This document shows, piece after piece, positions 10,263 through 18,958 of a stretch of DNA of 49,007 nucleotides; the stretch's first letter is position 1, and each line of letters opens with the position of its first letter. Source of the DNA: Flavobacteriaceae bacterium (lineage in GTDB: Bacteria; Bacteroidota; Bacteroidia; Flavobacteriales; Flavobacteriaceae); assembly GCA_029268635.1 (NCBI GenBank), contig JAQWNL010000045.1:1-49007 (forward strand). Reading direction: 5' to 3'. The position numbers were made by a program, and so were the translations under genes. The notes under the pieces are model-generated. The model saw only the letters and a program-made list of their open reading frames with translations. It did no database searches and was not told the DNA's origin.

Positions 10263-11651
10263 TTAGCTACTCATTTTTGTGAAATAATGATAAAACTTTG
10301 GAATGGTTTCTATTCCTTTTAAGTAATTCCATATACCAAAGTGTTCGTTAGGAGAATGAATAGCATCACTATCCAACCCAAAGCCCATTAAAATTGTTTT
10401 ACTATTTAATTCTTTTTCAAATAAGGCTACAATAGGAATGGATCCTCCGCTACGTTGAGGTATAGGAGTCTTTCCAAAAGTTGCTTCATATGCTTTTTCA
10501 GCAGCTTTATAACCCAGACAATCTATAGGTGTTACGTAAGCTTGCCCTCCATGGTGTGGCGTAACTTTAACCTTTACTGAACCAGGTGCAATACTTTCAA
10601 AATGATTTTTAAATAAATCAGTTATGTCTTCCCAGTTTTGGTTAGGTACCAATCGCATCGAAATTTTAGCAGATGCTTTACTTGCTATTACCGTTTTTGC
10701 ACCTTCACCAATATAACCACCCCAAATTCCATTAATATCTAAAGTTGGTCTAATAGAATTTCTTTCATTGGTGGTATATCCGTTCTCTCCATGAACATCA
10801 CTAATGTCAATTGATTTTTTATAAGCATCTAAACTAAAAGGAGCTTCGCCCATTTTAGCCCGTTCTTCTAAAGATAATTCATCTACATTATCGTAAAAAC
10901 CTGGAATGGTGATGTGATTGTCCTTATCATGCAAGGATGCAATCATTTTAGTTAAAATATTTATAGGATTGGCAACTGCGCCTCCATATAAACCACTATG
11001 TAAATCACGATTAGGACCAGTAACCTCTACTTCTACATAACTCAATCCACGCAATCCAGTAGTTATGGAAGGAACATCTGGAGAAATCATACCGGTATCA
11101 CTTATTAAAATGATGTCATTAGCTAATTTATCTTGATTGCGTTCTACAAACCACCCAAGACTTTCACTACCAACCTCTTCCTCACCTTCAATCATAAATT
11201 TAACGTTACAGGGTAATTGCCCTGTATTTGTCATGTACTCCATTGCCTTTACATGCATGTACATTTGGCCTTTGTCATCACAAGCACCTCTAGCAAAAAT
11301 AGCTCCTTCAGGATGTAATTCTGTTTTTTTAATAACAGGCTCAAACGGCGGACTGTCCCATAATTCTATCGGATCAGGTGGCTGTACATCATAATGGCCA
11401 TAAACTAATATTGTTGGTAATTTTTGGTCGATTATTTTTTCACCATAAACAATTGGATAGCCTGGAGTTTTACAAATTTCAACTAGATCACAACCAGCCT
11501 CTGTAAGTCTATTTTTAACTACTTCTGCAGTATTAATTACATCTTCTTTGTAGTTGGAGTCGGCACTAATAGAAGGTATTTTTAATAAATCAATTAATTC
11601 GTTTAAAAATCGTGGTTTATTTTCTTGAATATATGTTTTGGCGCTTTTCAT
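10263..11651 (-). CDS. M20/M25/M40-family dipeptidase
   Basis: YGHYDVQP, ARGACDDKGQ, EGEEEVGS, DLHSG and HSPNE motifs. Confidence 0.93.
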   Translation of the reverse strand: MKSAKTYIQENKPRFLNELIDLLKIPSISADSNYKEDVINTAEVVKNRLTEAGCDLVEICKTPGYPIVYGEKIIDQKLPTILVYGHYDVQPPDPIELWDSPPFEPVIKKTELHPEGAIFARGACDDKGQMYMHVKAMEYMTNTGQLPCNVKFMIEGEEEVGSESLGWFVERNQDKLANDIILISDTGMISPDVPSITTGLRGLSYVEVEVTGPNRDLHSGLYGGAVANPINILTKMIASLHDKDNHITIPGFYDNVDELSLEERAKMGEAPFSLDAYKKSIDISDVHGENGYTTNERNSIRPTLDINGIWGGYIGEGAKTVIASKASAKISMRLVPNQNWEDITDLFKNHFESIAPGSVKVKVTPHHGGQAYVTPIDCLGYKAAEKAYEATFGKTPIPQRSGGSIPIVALFEKELNSKTILMGFGLDSDAIHSPNEHFGIWNYLKGIETIPKFYHYFTKMSS

Positions 11652-11799
11652 GATTCTATATATTTAATAATTTGGTCAATGCTGTTCGCTATTGTTCATT
11701 CTCGTAGATTTATAAAAATACAACAAGCTCGTTTCATTTCATGAGTTTTTCGAAGAACGGCTAAGGTAATAAAAAGCATTATTTTTCTGAACTAGTTTC

Positions 11800-11829
11800 T
11801 TTGTAAATTGCAAATCTTCTTTATATTTG
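11800..11829 (+). promoter_or_regulatory. Bacteroidota sigma-A promoter for tRNA-Leu
   Basis: TTTG (11800-11803), 18-bp spacer, TATATTTG (11822-11829), ending 10 bp before the tRNA. Confidence 0.7.
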
Positions 11830-11839
11830 TAGTCCTTTA

Positions 11840-11921
11840 GCGGGCGTGATGGAATTGGTAGACATGCTAGACTTAGGATCTAGTGCTTCACGGCGTGGGA
11901 GTTCGAGTCTCCCCGCCCGTA
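11840..11921 (+). tRNA. tRNA-Leu(TAG)
   Basis: Acceptor GCGGGCG/CGCCCGT, D-loop GGAATTGGTAGAC, anticodon arm CTAGA-CTTAGGA-TCTAG, long variable arm, T-arm GGGAG-TTCGAGT-CTCCC; CCA not encoded. Confidence 0.97.
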
Positions 11922-11986
11922 CACTAAAAAAGCCTTTCAGTTTTGAGAGGCTTTTTTAATTTTAGTAAGGACTTGATTTTAAATTT
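11901..11986 (+). repeat. Left copy (attL-like) of the island-bounding direct repeat
   Basis: Aligns with 32631-32717 at 75/87 columns by hand; exact 17-bp core acactaaaaaagccttt. Confidence 0.9.
11926..11957 (+). terminator. Intrinsic terminator after tRNA-Leu
   Basis: aaaaaagcctttca-gttt-tgagaggctttttt hairpin with T tail. Confidence 0.8.
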
Positions 11987-12077
11987 ATCTCTAAAAATAA
12001 TTTATATTTCTTAACACAAATCAATGTTTAATATTTATTAATTTCGTGTGGCTCTACTTTTATTTCAAAAAAAAAAT

Positions 12078-12085
12078 TATATTTG
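12078..12085 (+). promoter_or_regulatory. Bacteroidota -7 element for the first island gene
   Basis: TATATTTG 40 bp upstream of ATG 12126; no clear -33 element. Confidence 0.45.
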
Positions 12086-12125
12086 AATTAGATAAACAAG
12101 TATTTATAAATTTAAATAAACAAAA

Positions 12126-12410
12126 ATGAAGTATTTAGTTATTAGTAGAGGAGGTTCTTTAGTTCATGGAGCTAAAAAAGAAAATCTTCAAAAAGCAAAA
12201 GAAATGTTACAAAAAGGATTAGATTCTGGAAAAGTGGAAGCTTGTTACGGGATTGTCTCAGGAGGAACGGTATGGGTTATTAATGCAGATAGTCACGCAG
12301 CTTTAGCTCGTGGTTTGAAAGATTTTAATAGGTCTGGTGATCATCGTGTAGAAGTAATTCCAGTTTTAGATGGAATAGGAACATTAGATGCTCATATTGC
12401 AGGCAAATAA
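12126..12410 (+). CDS. Small dimeric alpha+beta barrel protein (DUF3303/muconolactone-isomerase-like)
   Basis: 94 aa with pattern MKYLV...GKVEACYGIVSGGTVWVINADSHAAL...VEVIPV. Confidence 0.55.
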   Translation: MKYLVISRGGSLVHGAKKENLQKAKEMLQKGLDSGKVEACYGIVSGGTVWVINADSHAALARGLKDFNRSGDHRVEVIPVLDGIGTLDAHIAGK

Positions 12411-12427
12411 AATGAATAATTTCTTAT

Positions 12428-12461
12428 AATCCTTAACGTTAATGTGTTAAGGATTTTTTTT
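12428..12461 (+). terminator. Intrinsic terminator
   Basis: aatccttaacg-ttaatg-tgttaaggatt followed by a T run. Confidence 0.75.
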
Positions 12462-12487
12462 AGTTCACATCCAAGTCTGAAAAAAAT

Positions 12488-14977
12488 ATGAAGACTTATC
12501 AGTTTTTTTGTATTGTAGATAAAAGTAAATCTGGTTTAATAATACAGATAAGCAAATTTATTCTTCGCTTAAAAAATAATCCAAATCAACAACTATCTTA
12601 TTTTCTTCCAGAAATACCTCATGAAATTGGTATAAGACTTATAATTCTTATCACTAATGTTAAAACTCTTGATCAGAAATTAAAAAAAACTATTAAGATA
12701 TTGGAATCAAACGATTCAATCCGATTTTTCCCCAATGAAAAAATATATATTACAAATCATAATTTAAAACCTGGAAAAACGGTATTCCTATTTCCTGGGT
12801 TTGGGTCTGAATTTCCAGAAATGTTAACAGGAACATCATCTAAATTTAAAGTTGTTTCAAAATGGATGAACATATTCGAAGATTTTCACAACAGAACTGA
12901 TAAAAATAATTCAATCAGTCAGGATGAATGGCTAGAATCCTTTTTAGTAAAAAAAAATTATGGCGTTACTGAAATAGGTCCAATAGGATCAATTGCTTCA
13001 TTAGCTTTTAACGATATTTTGCATACTTTGAATATTAAGTGTGATGCCATGATTGGTCACAGCAATGGTGAAAATGCAGCACTAATTTCATCTGGAATAT
13101 TAAACTTTAGTTCAAAGGATAAAATTTTAAAAATCCTACAATTGCTATCAGAATTCCCGCAATTGAAAAATAAAAATGGCGTTTATCTAGCCGTAAATAA
13201 TTTTTCTAAAAAGAATATTGATGAATTGTTATACCAATATTCAAACGATGTTTTTCTAGCAATGAACAACTGTCCAGGACAACAAGTTGTGTTTGCAAAA
13301 TTAGATTCTCGTGAATCAGTTATTGAATTTATTAAAAAAAGATATGGCTTAGTTTTCGAATTGACTACGGATCATCCTTATCATACAAAGGCATTTGAAG
13401 AGTCATTGGATTATTTAAACCCTATATACAGCCAATTTCAAATTATTAAAGGAATTATTCCTGTTTATAGCTGTGTCAATGCTAAATTATTTCCGGATGA
13501 TGAAGAGGGAATTCGAGATTTAGCTTTGCGTCAATGGATAGAACCTGTTGATTTTCAAAAAACCATTAAAACAGCTTACGAAGAAGGAGCAAGAACTTTT
13601 ATTGAAGTTGGTCCTAATAATCGACTTTCAGGATTTGTTCTTGATTCCTTGAAAGGAAAGAATATTTTGATGGTTAATTGTAGTAAAGAAAATACTTCTG
13701 CTCTCGATATGATCATTGAAATGTGTGCAAAGTTATGGGTGAATAATCATACAGTCGATTTGTCTTATTTCACAAAAAATATTGAATTCAATTTAGTTGA
13801 TAATCAAGCTGCAACAGATTCAAAATCAATAATAAATAGCGAAAAAATATTTGAAGGGCATCAAGAATTAATGCAACAATTTTTAAAAGTAAATGATGCT
13901 GTAACAAAATCTTTTTTAAATAAATTGAATGCTGTACCCAAAGCAATTGAAGACACCTCGATAATTCATGAAATAAATGATTTGTTATTGAATGGAAAAT
14001 ATAAAAAGACGGACTTAGGCCTTGAATTTATAGGGACTTTAGATCTCTCTAAACAAAAACTAATTAACGATCATTCCATGGGTGGAGCATTACCCGTTGT
14101 GCCTTTTACGGTTAGTCTCGAGTTACTAGCGGAAATAGGAACACAACTAATTAAACCAAATAATGGTTGTTTATCAGTGTTTGATTCAAGTGGAAATCAA
14201 TGGTTGGATTTTGAGCGAAATATAATTGAATTGAAAATCACGGCGAATTTGGAAGTTAGTGATTGTGAGAAAATTGTCGATATTAAAGTTTACAATGTCA
14301 CGGATAAAATGGATTCCAAAATTCCAGCTTTCCAAGGAAAAGTAAAATCGATTATAAACACAAACAAGGTGTCTATTATTGAACTTGGCGAAACAAAAAA
14401 TAGCGCTACCATAAGTATGAGTGATTTTTATAAAGACCACTTATTTCATGGAACTTGTTTTAAAAGTATGCACAGGATAAATTATTGGAATAATCAAGGT
14501 GTTGAAGCCATATTTAAAATGCCAGATTTATCTAATGGAATTGAAGGGATTTCGTCTCCTGAATTTCTTATTCCAGGTCCAATGTTGGATAGCACAGGAC
14601 AATTGATAGCTTATTGGCTCTATGAAGAAGGAATGAAGGACTACGCAATTTTCCCTTTTTATCTGGGATCATTTGATCAGTATAGTAAATTTCCTTCTGC
14701 GGGAATTTCAATATTATGTAGAGCCAAAATCAGCAAAGAATCGTCAGTAATCACTGGCAATTTTGAGTTTATAGATTCTAATGGAAATTGCATCGGGAGG
14801 TTGAACAATTTTCGATTAAAAGTGTTTAATAACGAATGGATTCCACCGCTTTTGATGAATAGGTTAAGTGATGGAAATCCTGAAACGCTTACTGCAGAAT
14901 TTTTAAACGAAGGTGGAGGCATTTGGAAAAAAATATTAGGGAAACTCAAGTTGAAAAATGAAGAATATACTCACTGA
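12488..14977 (+). CDS. PKS partner protein: KS-AT linker + acyltransferase + dehydratase (no KS domain)
   Basis: FLFPGFGSE, GHSNGE, NNCPGQQV, HPYHT, FIEVGP (AT); HSMGGALPVVP and LFHG...LDSTGQ (DH His/Asp dyad). Confidence 0.85.
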   Translation: MKTYQFFCIVDKSKSGLIIQISKFILRLKNNPNQQLSYFLPEIPHEIGIRLIILITNVKTLDQKLKKTIKILESNDSIRFFPNEKIYITNHNLKPGKTVFLFPGFGSEFPEMLTGTSSKFKVVSKWMNIFEDFHNRTDKNNSISQDEWLESFLVKKNYGVTEIGPIGSIASLAFNDILHTLNIKCDAMIGHSNGENAALISSGILNFSSKDKILKILQLLSEFPQLKNKNGVYLAVNNFSKKNIDELLYQYSNDVFLAMNNCPGQQVVFAKLDSRESVIEFIKKRYGLVFELTTDHPYHTKAFEESLDYLNPIYSQFQIIKGIIPVYSCVNAKLFPDDEEGIRDLALRQWIEPVDFQKTIKTAYEEGARTFIEVGPNNRLSGFVLDSLKGKNILMVNCSKENTSALDMIIEMCAKLWVNNHTVDLSYFTKNIEFNLVDNQAATDSKSIINSEKIFEGHQELMQQFLKVNDAVTKSFLNKLNAVPKAIEDTSIIHEINDLLLNGKYKKTDLGLEFIGTLDLSKQKLINDHSMGGALPVVPFTVSLELLAEIGTQLIKPNNGCLSVFDSSGNQWLDFERNIIELKITANLEVSDCEKIVDIKVYNVTDKMDSKIPAFQGKVKSIINTNKVSIIELGETKNSATISMSDFYKDHLFHGTCFKSMHRINYWNNQGVEAIFKMPDLSNGIEGISSPEFLIPGPMLDSTGQLIAYWLYEEGMKDYAIFPFYLGSFDQYSKFPSAGISILCRAKISKESSVITGNFEFIDSNGNCIGRLNNFRLKVFNNEWIPPLLMNRLSDGNPETLTAEFLNEGGGIWKKILGKLKLKNEEYTH

Positions 14978-15092
14978 TTTAAAAGTTCAAACAGTGATCA
15001 AATTAAATATTTACTAGAGTTAGAAACAGTTAAATTTAGTTCGATAAAATATTAATTTAATATTCACAAACTGAATAAAAATAAATATAAAA

Positions 15093-15401
15093 ATGGAAAG
15101 AACATTACCTGAAATTAGAGACGCAATTAAAGACATTCTAGATGAAATGATAGAGATGTATGATTTACCAGCTACAGAAATTAAAGATGATTTATTATTG
15201 ATCGAAACTTTAGGGTTTTCATCAGTGGATATTATGCATATGCTTGCATCTGTAGATATGAGATTCGAAAGACATTTGCCGTATGATAAAATAATGTTGA
15301 AAAACGATGAGTACGTAACCGATCTAAGTTTTGGAGAGATTGTCAATTTTGTCCACGAGAATTTTGATTTCGCTTCAACAGGGCCTAAAAAAATGTCATA
15401 G
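15093..15401 (+). CDS. Discrete acyl carrier protein
   Basis: Acidic 102-aa protein with LIETLGFSSVDIMHML (variant GxDS) and LSFGEIVNFV. Confidence 0.85.
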   Translation: MERTLPEIRDAIKDILDEMIEMYDLPATEIKDDLLLIETLGFSSVDIMHMLASVDMRFERHLPYDKIMLKNDEYVTDLSFGEIVNFVHENFDFASTGPKKMS

Positions 15402-15404
15402 AAA

Positions 15405-16187
15405 ATGAAGAAACTAATAATAAGCGCAGATGATTTTGGATTAACAGAAAGTGTAACAAAAGGAATTTCTGAAAGTATTCTTGATGGTGCTGTAACACGA
15501 ACGTCTGCAATGATGTGTACGAATGGGGCAGACTGGATTAAGAAATATAAAAATGGTATTGATGGTAAAATTGGGTTACATCTTCAATTAACAGATGGAA
15601 CTCCATTATTACCGTCTGAAGAGGTTTTATCGCTTATTGATGCAGAAGGAAATTTTCCATCTAAATCGAAACAACTAGGAAATGTAAATCATCTAGAAAT
15701 TGAAAAAGAATGGGAAGCTCAAATGGCAGCTTTATTGAACTTAGGAATTATTCCAAGTCATATTGATACACATCATAACGTTCACCGCTTCCCAAAAATT
15801 TTTAAAGTATATTGTGCAATTGCGGAAAAATATAAACTTCCATCAAGAGCATTGTCTTCAAACATGGCCAAAAAACTTAATTCTATCGGTTTATTAGGTA
15901 GTAATTTATGTCTTGAAAAATGGTGTGGAGAAAATGTAACAATTACTAGTCTAGTTAATCACACGCTAAGCGCCTTTAGATCAATTGAAAATAATGGAAC
16001 AATAGAGTTGATGTGTCACCCGGGTTATGTAGATAATAATCTGGAAGCACGATCACATTATTTACTGGCAAGAGAACAAGAATTGGCAGTATTTCTAGAT
16101 CCACAATTGAAAACGCTGTTGGCAAATCACAATATTGAATTGGTTGAAAACAACACAATATATTCTTTAAATACTTTAAAATGGTAA
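15405..16187 (+). CDS. YdjC/ChbG/HpnK-family carbohydrate deacetylase
   Basis: LIISADDFG, IGLHLQL, SHIDTHHNVH, ELMCHPG and REQEL motifs. Confidence 0.92.
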   Translation: MKKLIISADDFGLTESVTKGISESILDGAVTRTSAMMCTNGADWIKKYKNGIDGKIGLHLQLTDGTPLLPSEEVLSLIDAEGNFPSKSKQLGNVNHLEIEKEWEAQMAALLNLGIIPSHIDTHHNVHRFPKIFKVYCAIAEKYKLPSRALSSNMAKKLNSIGLLGSNLCLEKWCGENVTITSLVNHTLSAFRSIENNGTIELMCHPGYVDNNLEARSHYLLAREQELAVFLDPQLKTLLANHNIELVENNTIYSLNTLKW

Positions 16188-16900
16188 AGAACTTGACTTT
16201 TGACACAAAACCACTTGTTATCCATGCTCAAGGGCCGCATGATAACAAACCGTATTGGAAACCAATTCGAGATAATTTTTTTGCCTCACCGAAAAAGAAT
16301 ATTAAGCTAGTAGATGATTTAACTATATTTACTTGGAACAATGGTCATGAAGCAATGGGGGTTTTTGAAAAAAGTATGGAGCATCTTGGGTTGCCTTGTA
16401 TGATTCTTGGTGCTGGTGTAGAGAATTGGCAAAACAGTAAGCACAAACCATCTCTTACATATGAAGCATTGAAAAATATTGATACCCAGTATATTATGGG
16501 TGTTGATTCTCGTGATGCTATCTTAATTGATGATCCAGATATAATTTTACAATTATTCTTAAAGAATTTCGATTGTGATTTAGTTTTTTCTGCAGATTTA
16601 ATGAATTGGCCAAATATTATTAAATTTAAAAAATTCGAGGATAAATGTGCTAAAGGGGTTGATTCAGATTACAAATACTTAAATAGTGGAGCCTTTATCG
16701 GAAAGACAGATTTTTGCTTAGATTTTTTTAAAAAGGCCTCTGAAACAGAACCAGTTCCGCAAGCACCAAAGGCCGATCAAGGAATTTTTAAACAAATTTT
16801 TATGGACTATTATCCAAAAGTACAGTTGGACTACAATTGCCAGTTATTTCAAAATATAGGATTTGTATTTCGTAAAACATTAGAAGTGACTGAAAATTAG
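16181..16900 (+). CDS. PLOD/LH3-type GT-A glycosyltransferase domain, circularly permuted
   Basis: ILGAGVENW, GVDSRD, LVFSADLMNWP, YLNSGAFIG, DQGIF, LDYNCQLFQNI; the motif NLTFDTKPLVIHAQG lies at the N-terminus. Confidence 0.8.
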   Translation: MVKNLTFDTKPLVIHAQGPHDNKPYWKPIRDNFFASPKKNIKLVDDLTIFTWNNGHEAMGVFEKSMEHLGLPCMILGAGVENWQNSKHKPSLTYEALKNIDTQYIMGVDSRDAILIDDPDIILQLFLKNFDCDLVFSADLMNWPNIIKFKKFEDKCAKGVDSDYKYLNSGAFIGKTDFCLDFFKKASETEPVPQAPKADQGIFKQIFMDYYPKVQLDYNCQLFQNIGFVFRKTLEVTEN

Positions 16901-16901
16901 A

Positions 16902-17795
16902 ATGAAAGAACAAATTCTTATAAGTTATGAATGGGCAATTGCTATCTATAGAGGTAAAACTCCATCTAAGCTCGAACCTTGGATTGAGGCCCCTGAAACA
17001 GTGCTTACATTTGAAGATGTTACGGACGTCAAAGCAGATTTCGTTGCTGATCCTTTTATGATTTTAATTAATGATTTATGGTATATGTATTTTGAAGTGT
17101 TGAATAACACGTCAGGTCTTGGAGAAATTGGCTATGCAATAAGTTCGGATTGCATACAATGGACCTATAGAAAAATTATTTTGAGAGAAAAATTTCATCT
17201 TTCATATCCAATGGTTTTTGAAAATAATCAAGAATTATATATGATTCCCGAGACTCGACAAGCTGGTGAAATTAGATTATACAAAGCTGATGCATTTCCA
17301 GAAAAATGGAGACAAGAAAAAGTACTAGTTAAAGGAAACTATGCCGATGCAACAATATTCAATAATGAAGATCAATGGTGGATGTTTGCTCTTAAAGGAA
17401 CGAAAGACCTTCATTTATTTTACTCAGATTCTTTGTTGGGTGATTGGATTTCGCATCCTGCCAATCCTATTATAGAAAATAATATGAAAACGAGTCGTCC
17501 TGCGGGAAGAATAATAAAAGAAAACGGAAGCGTTTATCGATTGGCTCAGGACGGTGTTCCTCTTTATGGAAATAAAGTTAGAATGTTTAAAATAATAAAT
17601 TTGAACCGCACCAGCTATGAAGAAAGAGAATTGGATGAAAGTCCAATTTTAAAAGGATCAAGAAAAGGATGGAATTCAATTGGAATGCACCACGTTGATG
17701 CACATCAATTGGAAAATAAAAGTTGGATAGCTTGTGTTGACGGAGCAAATCCAAAGTTTAAGCAACTTAAGAATTTGAAAACGGAAATAAAATAG
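16902..17795 (+). CDS. Five-bladed beta-propeller, GH43-clan-like / GINT1 N-terminal-domain-like protein
   Basis: FVADPF, FHLSYP, YMIPE, ADAT, HPANPI, SRPAG and GMHHVD motifs. Confidence 0.7.
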   Translation: MKEQILISYEWAIAIYRGKTPSKLEPWIEAPETVLTFEDVTDVKADFVADPFMILINDLWYMYFEVLNNTSGLGEIGYAISSDCIQWTYRKIILREKFHLSYPMVFENNQELYMIPETRQAGEIRLYKADAFPEKWRQEKVLVKGNYADATIFNNEDQWWMFALKGTKDLHLFYSDSLLGDWISHPANPIIENNMKTSRPAGRIIKENGSVYRLAQDGVPLYGNKVRMFKIINLNRTSYEERELDESPILKGSRKGWNSIGMHHVDAHQLENKSWIACVDGANPKFKQLKNLKTEIK

Positions 17796-17802
17796 GACAA
17801 AA

Positions 17803-18957
17803 ATGCCAACACATAAAAATAAAATATGTTTTGCTACTGGAGAGTTTTTTCCTACTGTTGGAGGACTATCAAAGTCTGCAACAAGAGTTGTTAAAATGTT
17901 GACGGCATCAGGGTTTGAAATGCATGTTATTGTACCTATTCAAGGAATAGTTTCAAATTTAATAGTTGATCCAGAAGAAGCGAATGAAGCTTTAATATAT
18001 CGTGTGTCAGTTGGTAATGATATTCAAAATCATAATGGAAGTGCATTGGTAAAAGCCATTAGTCAACTAGATGCAAAGTTAAATTTTGATCTTTTCCACG
18101 GTTTCTTTTTATCAATGGCTTATGTGTGTTGTCTTGGAATGAATAAAAAGAATCGACCATTGATCTCTAGTATCCGAGGTAGCGATGCAATAATTTGGAC
18201 ACAGCCAACCATGAAGAACTTACTTAGAGTGGTAATGAAAAAGACCACTTGTTTAACATCCGTAAACTCAGTGCTATTGTCTACTGTTCTGCAAAGTAGT
18301 GGAATAGAGGTAGTATCAAAATTTATCAAAAATTCAATTGAATTGATCTCAGATACAGTTTGGAATGTTGATGCGATGACCTCAGGAAAAATTGGAACAC
18401 TTGGCAAATTTCAAAAGTGTAAGGAAATTGAAACCTTACTTGAATCTTATAATAAGACAGATGTCTTGTTAAGAAACAATTTAACGTTAATAGGTGATTT
18501 TCCGAATAGTCAATTAAAGATAAAATACCTTAATAAAATTGAATTCTTAAAACTTCAAGATGAAGTTGTTTTAACAGGTTTTTTAGATCAAACTGATGTT
18601 ATTAAAAGTTTAAGCGATTTGAATGTTTTTGTAAGTACTTCTTCATCTGAAGGATTCCCAAATGCTTTGTTAGAAGCTGCATCTATTGGAGTACCAATTG
18701 TTGTTGCAGGTTTTGATGGGATAGAGGAATACTGTGAAAATAATAAGAATGCATTGATTGTGCCAATTGGAGATGCAGAAGCAACAGCACAAGCAATTAC
18801 TTCAATTCTAACGAACAAAGAAATGGCACAACATTTATCAAATGGGGCAATTGATTTTGCAAAATCATTGTCTCCTGATAGCGAAAAAAATCAATGGGTT
18901 GATCTCTACCAAGAACAATTAGAACTGCACTTTCAAACAAACTTTCAAAACAATTAA
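17803..18957 (+). CDS. Glycosyltransferase family 4
   Basis: EFFPTVGG, SIRGSD, SEGFPNALLEA (ExxxxxxxE). Confidence 0.9.
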   Translation: MPTHKNKICFATGEFFPTVGGLSKSATRVVKMLTASGFEMHVIVPIQGIVSNLIVDPEEANEALIYRVSVGNDIQNHNGSALVKAISQLDAKLNFDLFHGFFLSMAYVCCLGMNKKNRPLISSIRGSDAIIWTQPTMKNLLRVVMKKTTCLTSVNSVLLSTVLQSSGIEVVSKFIKNSIELISDTVWNVDAMTSGKIGTLGKFQKCKEIETLLESYNKTDVLLRNNLTLIGDFPNSQLKIKYLNKIEFLKLQDEVVLTGFLDQTDVIKSLSDLNVFVSTSSSEGFPNALLEAASIGVPIVVAGFDGIEEYCENNKNALIVPIGDAEATAQAITSILTNKEMAQHLSNGAIDFAKSLSPDSEKNQWVDLYQEQLELHFQTNFQNN

Positions 18958-18958
18958 T

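Noticed and set aside
11840-11921. G1.U72 pair as damage caused by island integration
   Set aside because: The tRNA-Leu(TAA) in the same window also has G1.U72, so it looks like a normal lineage feature
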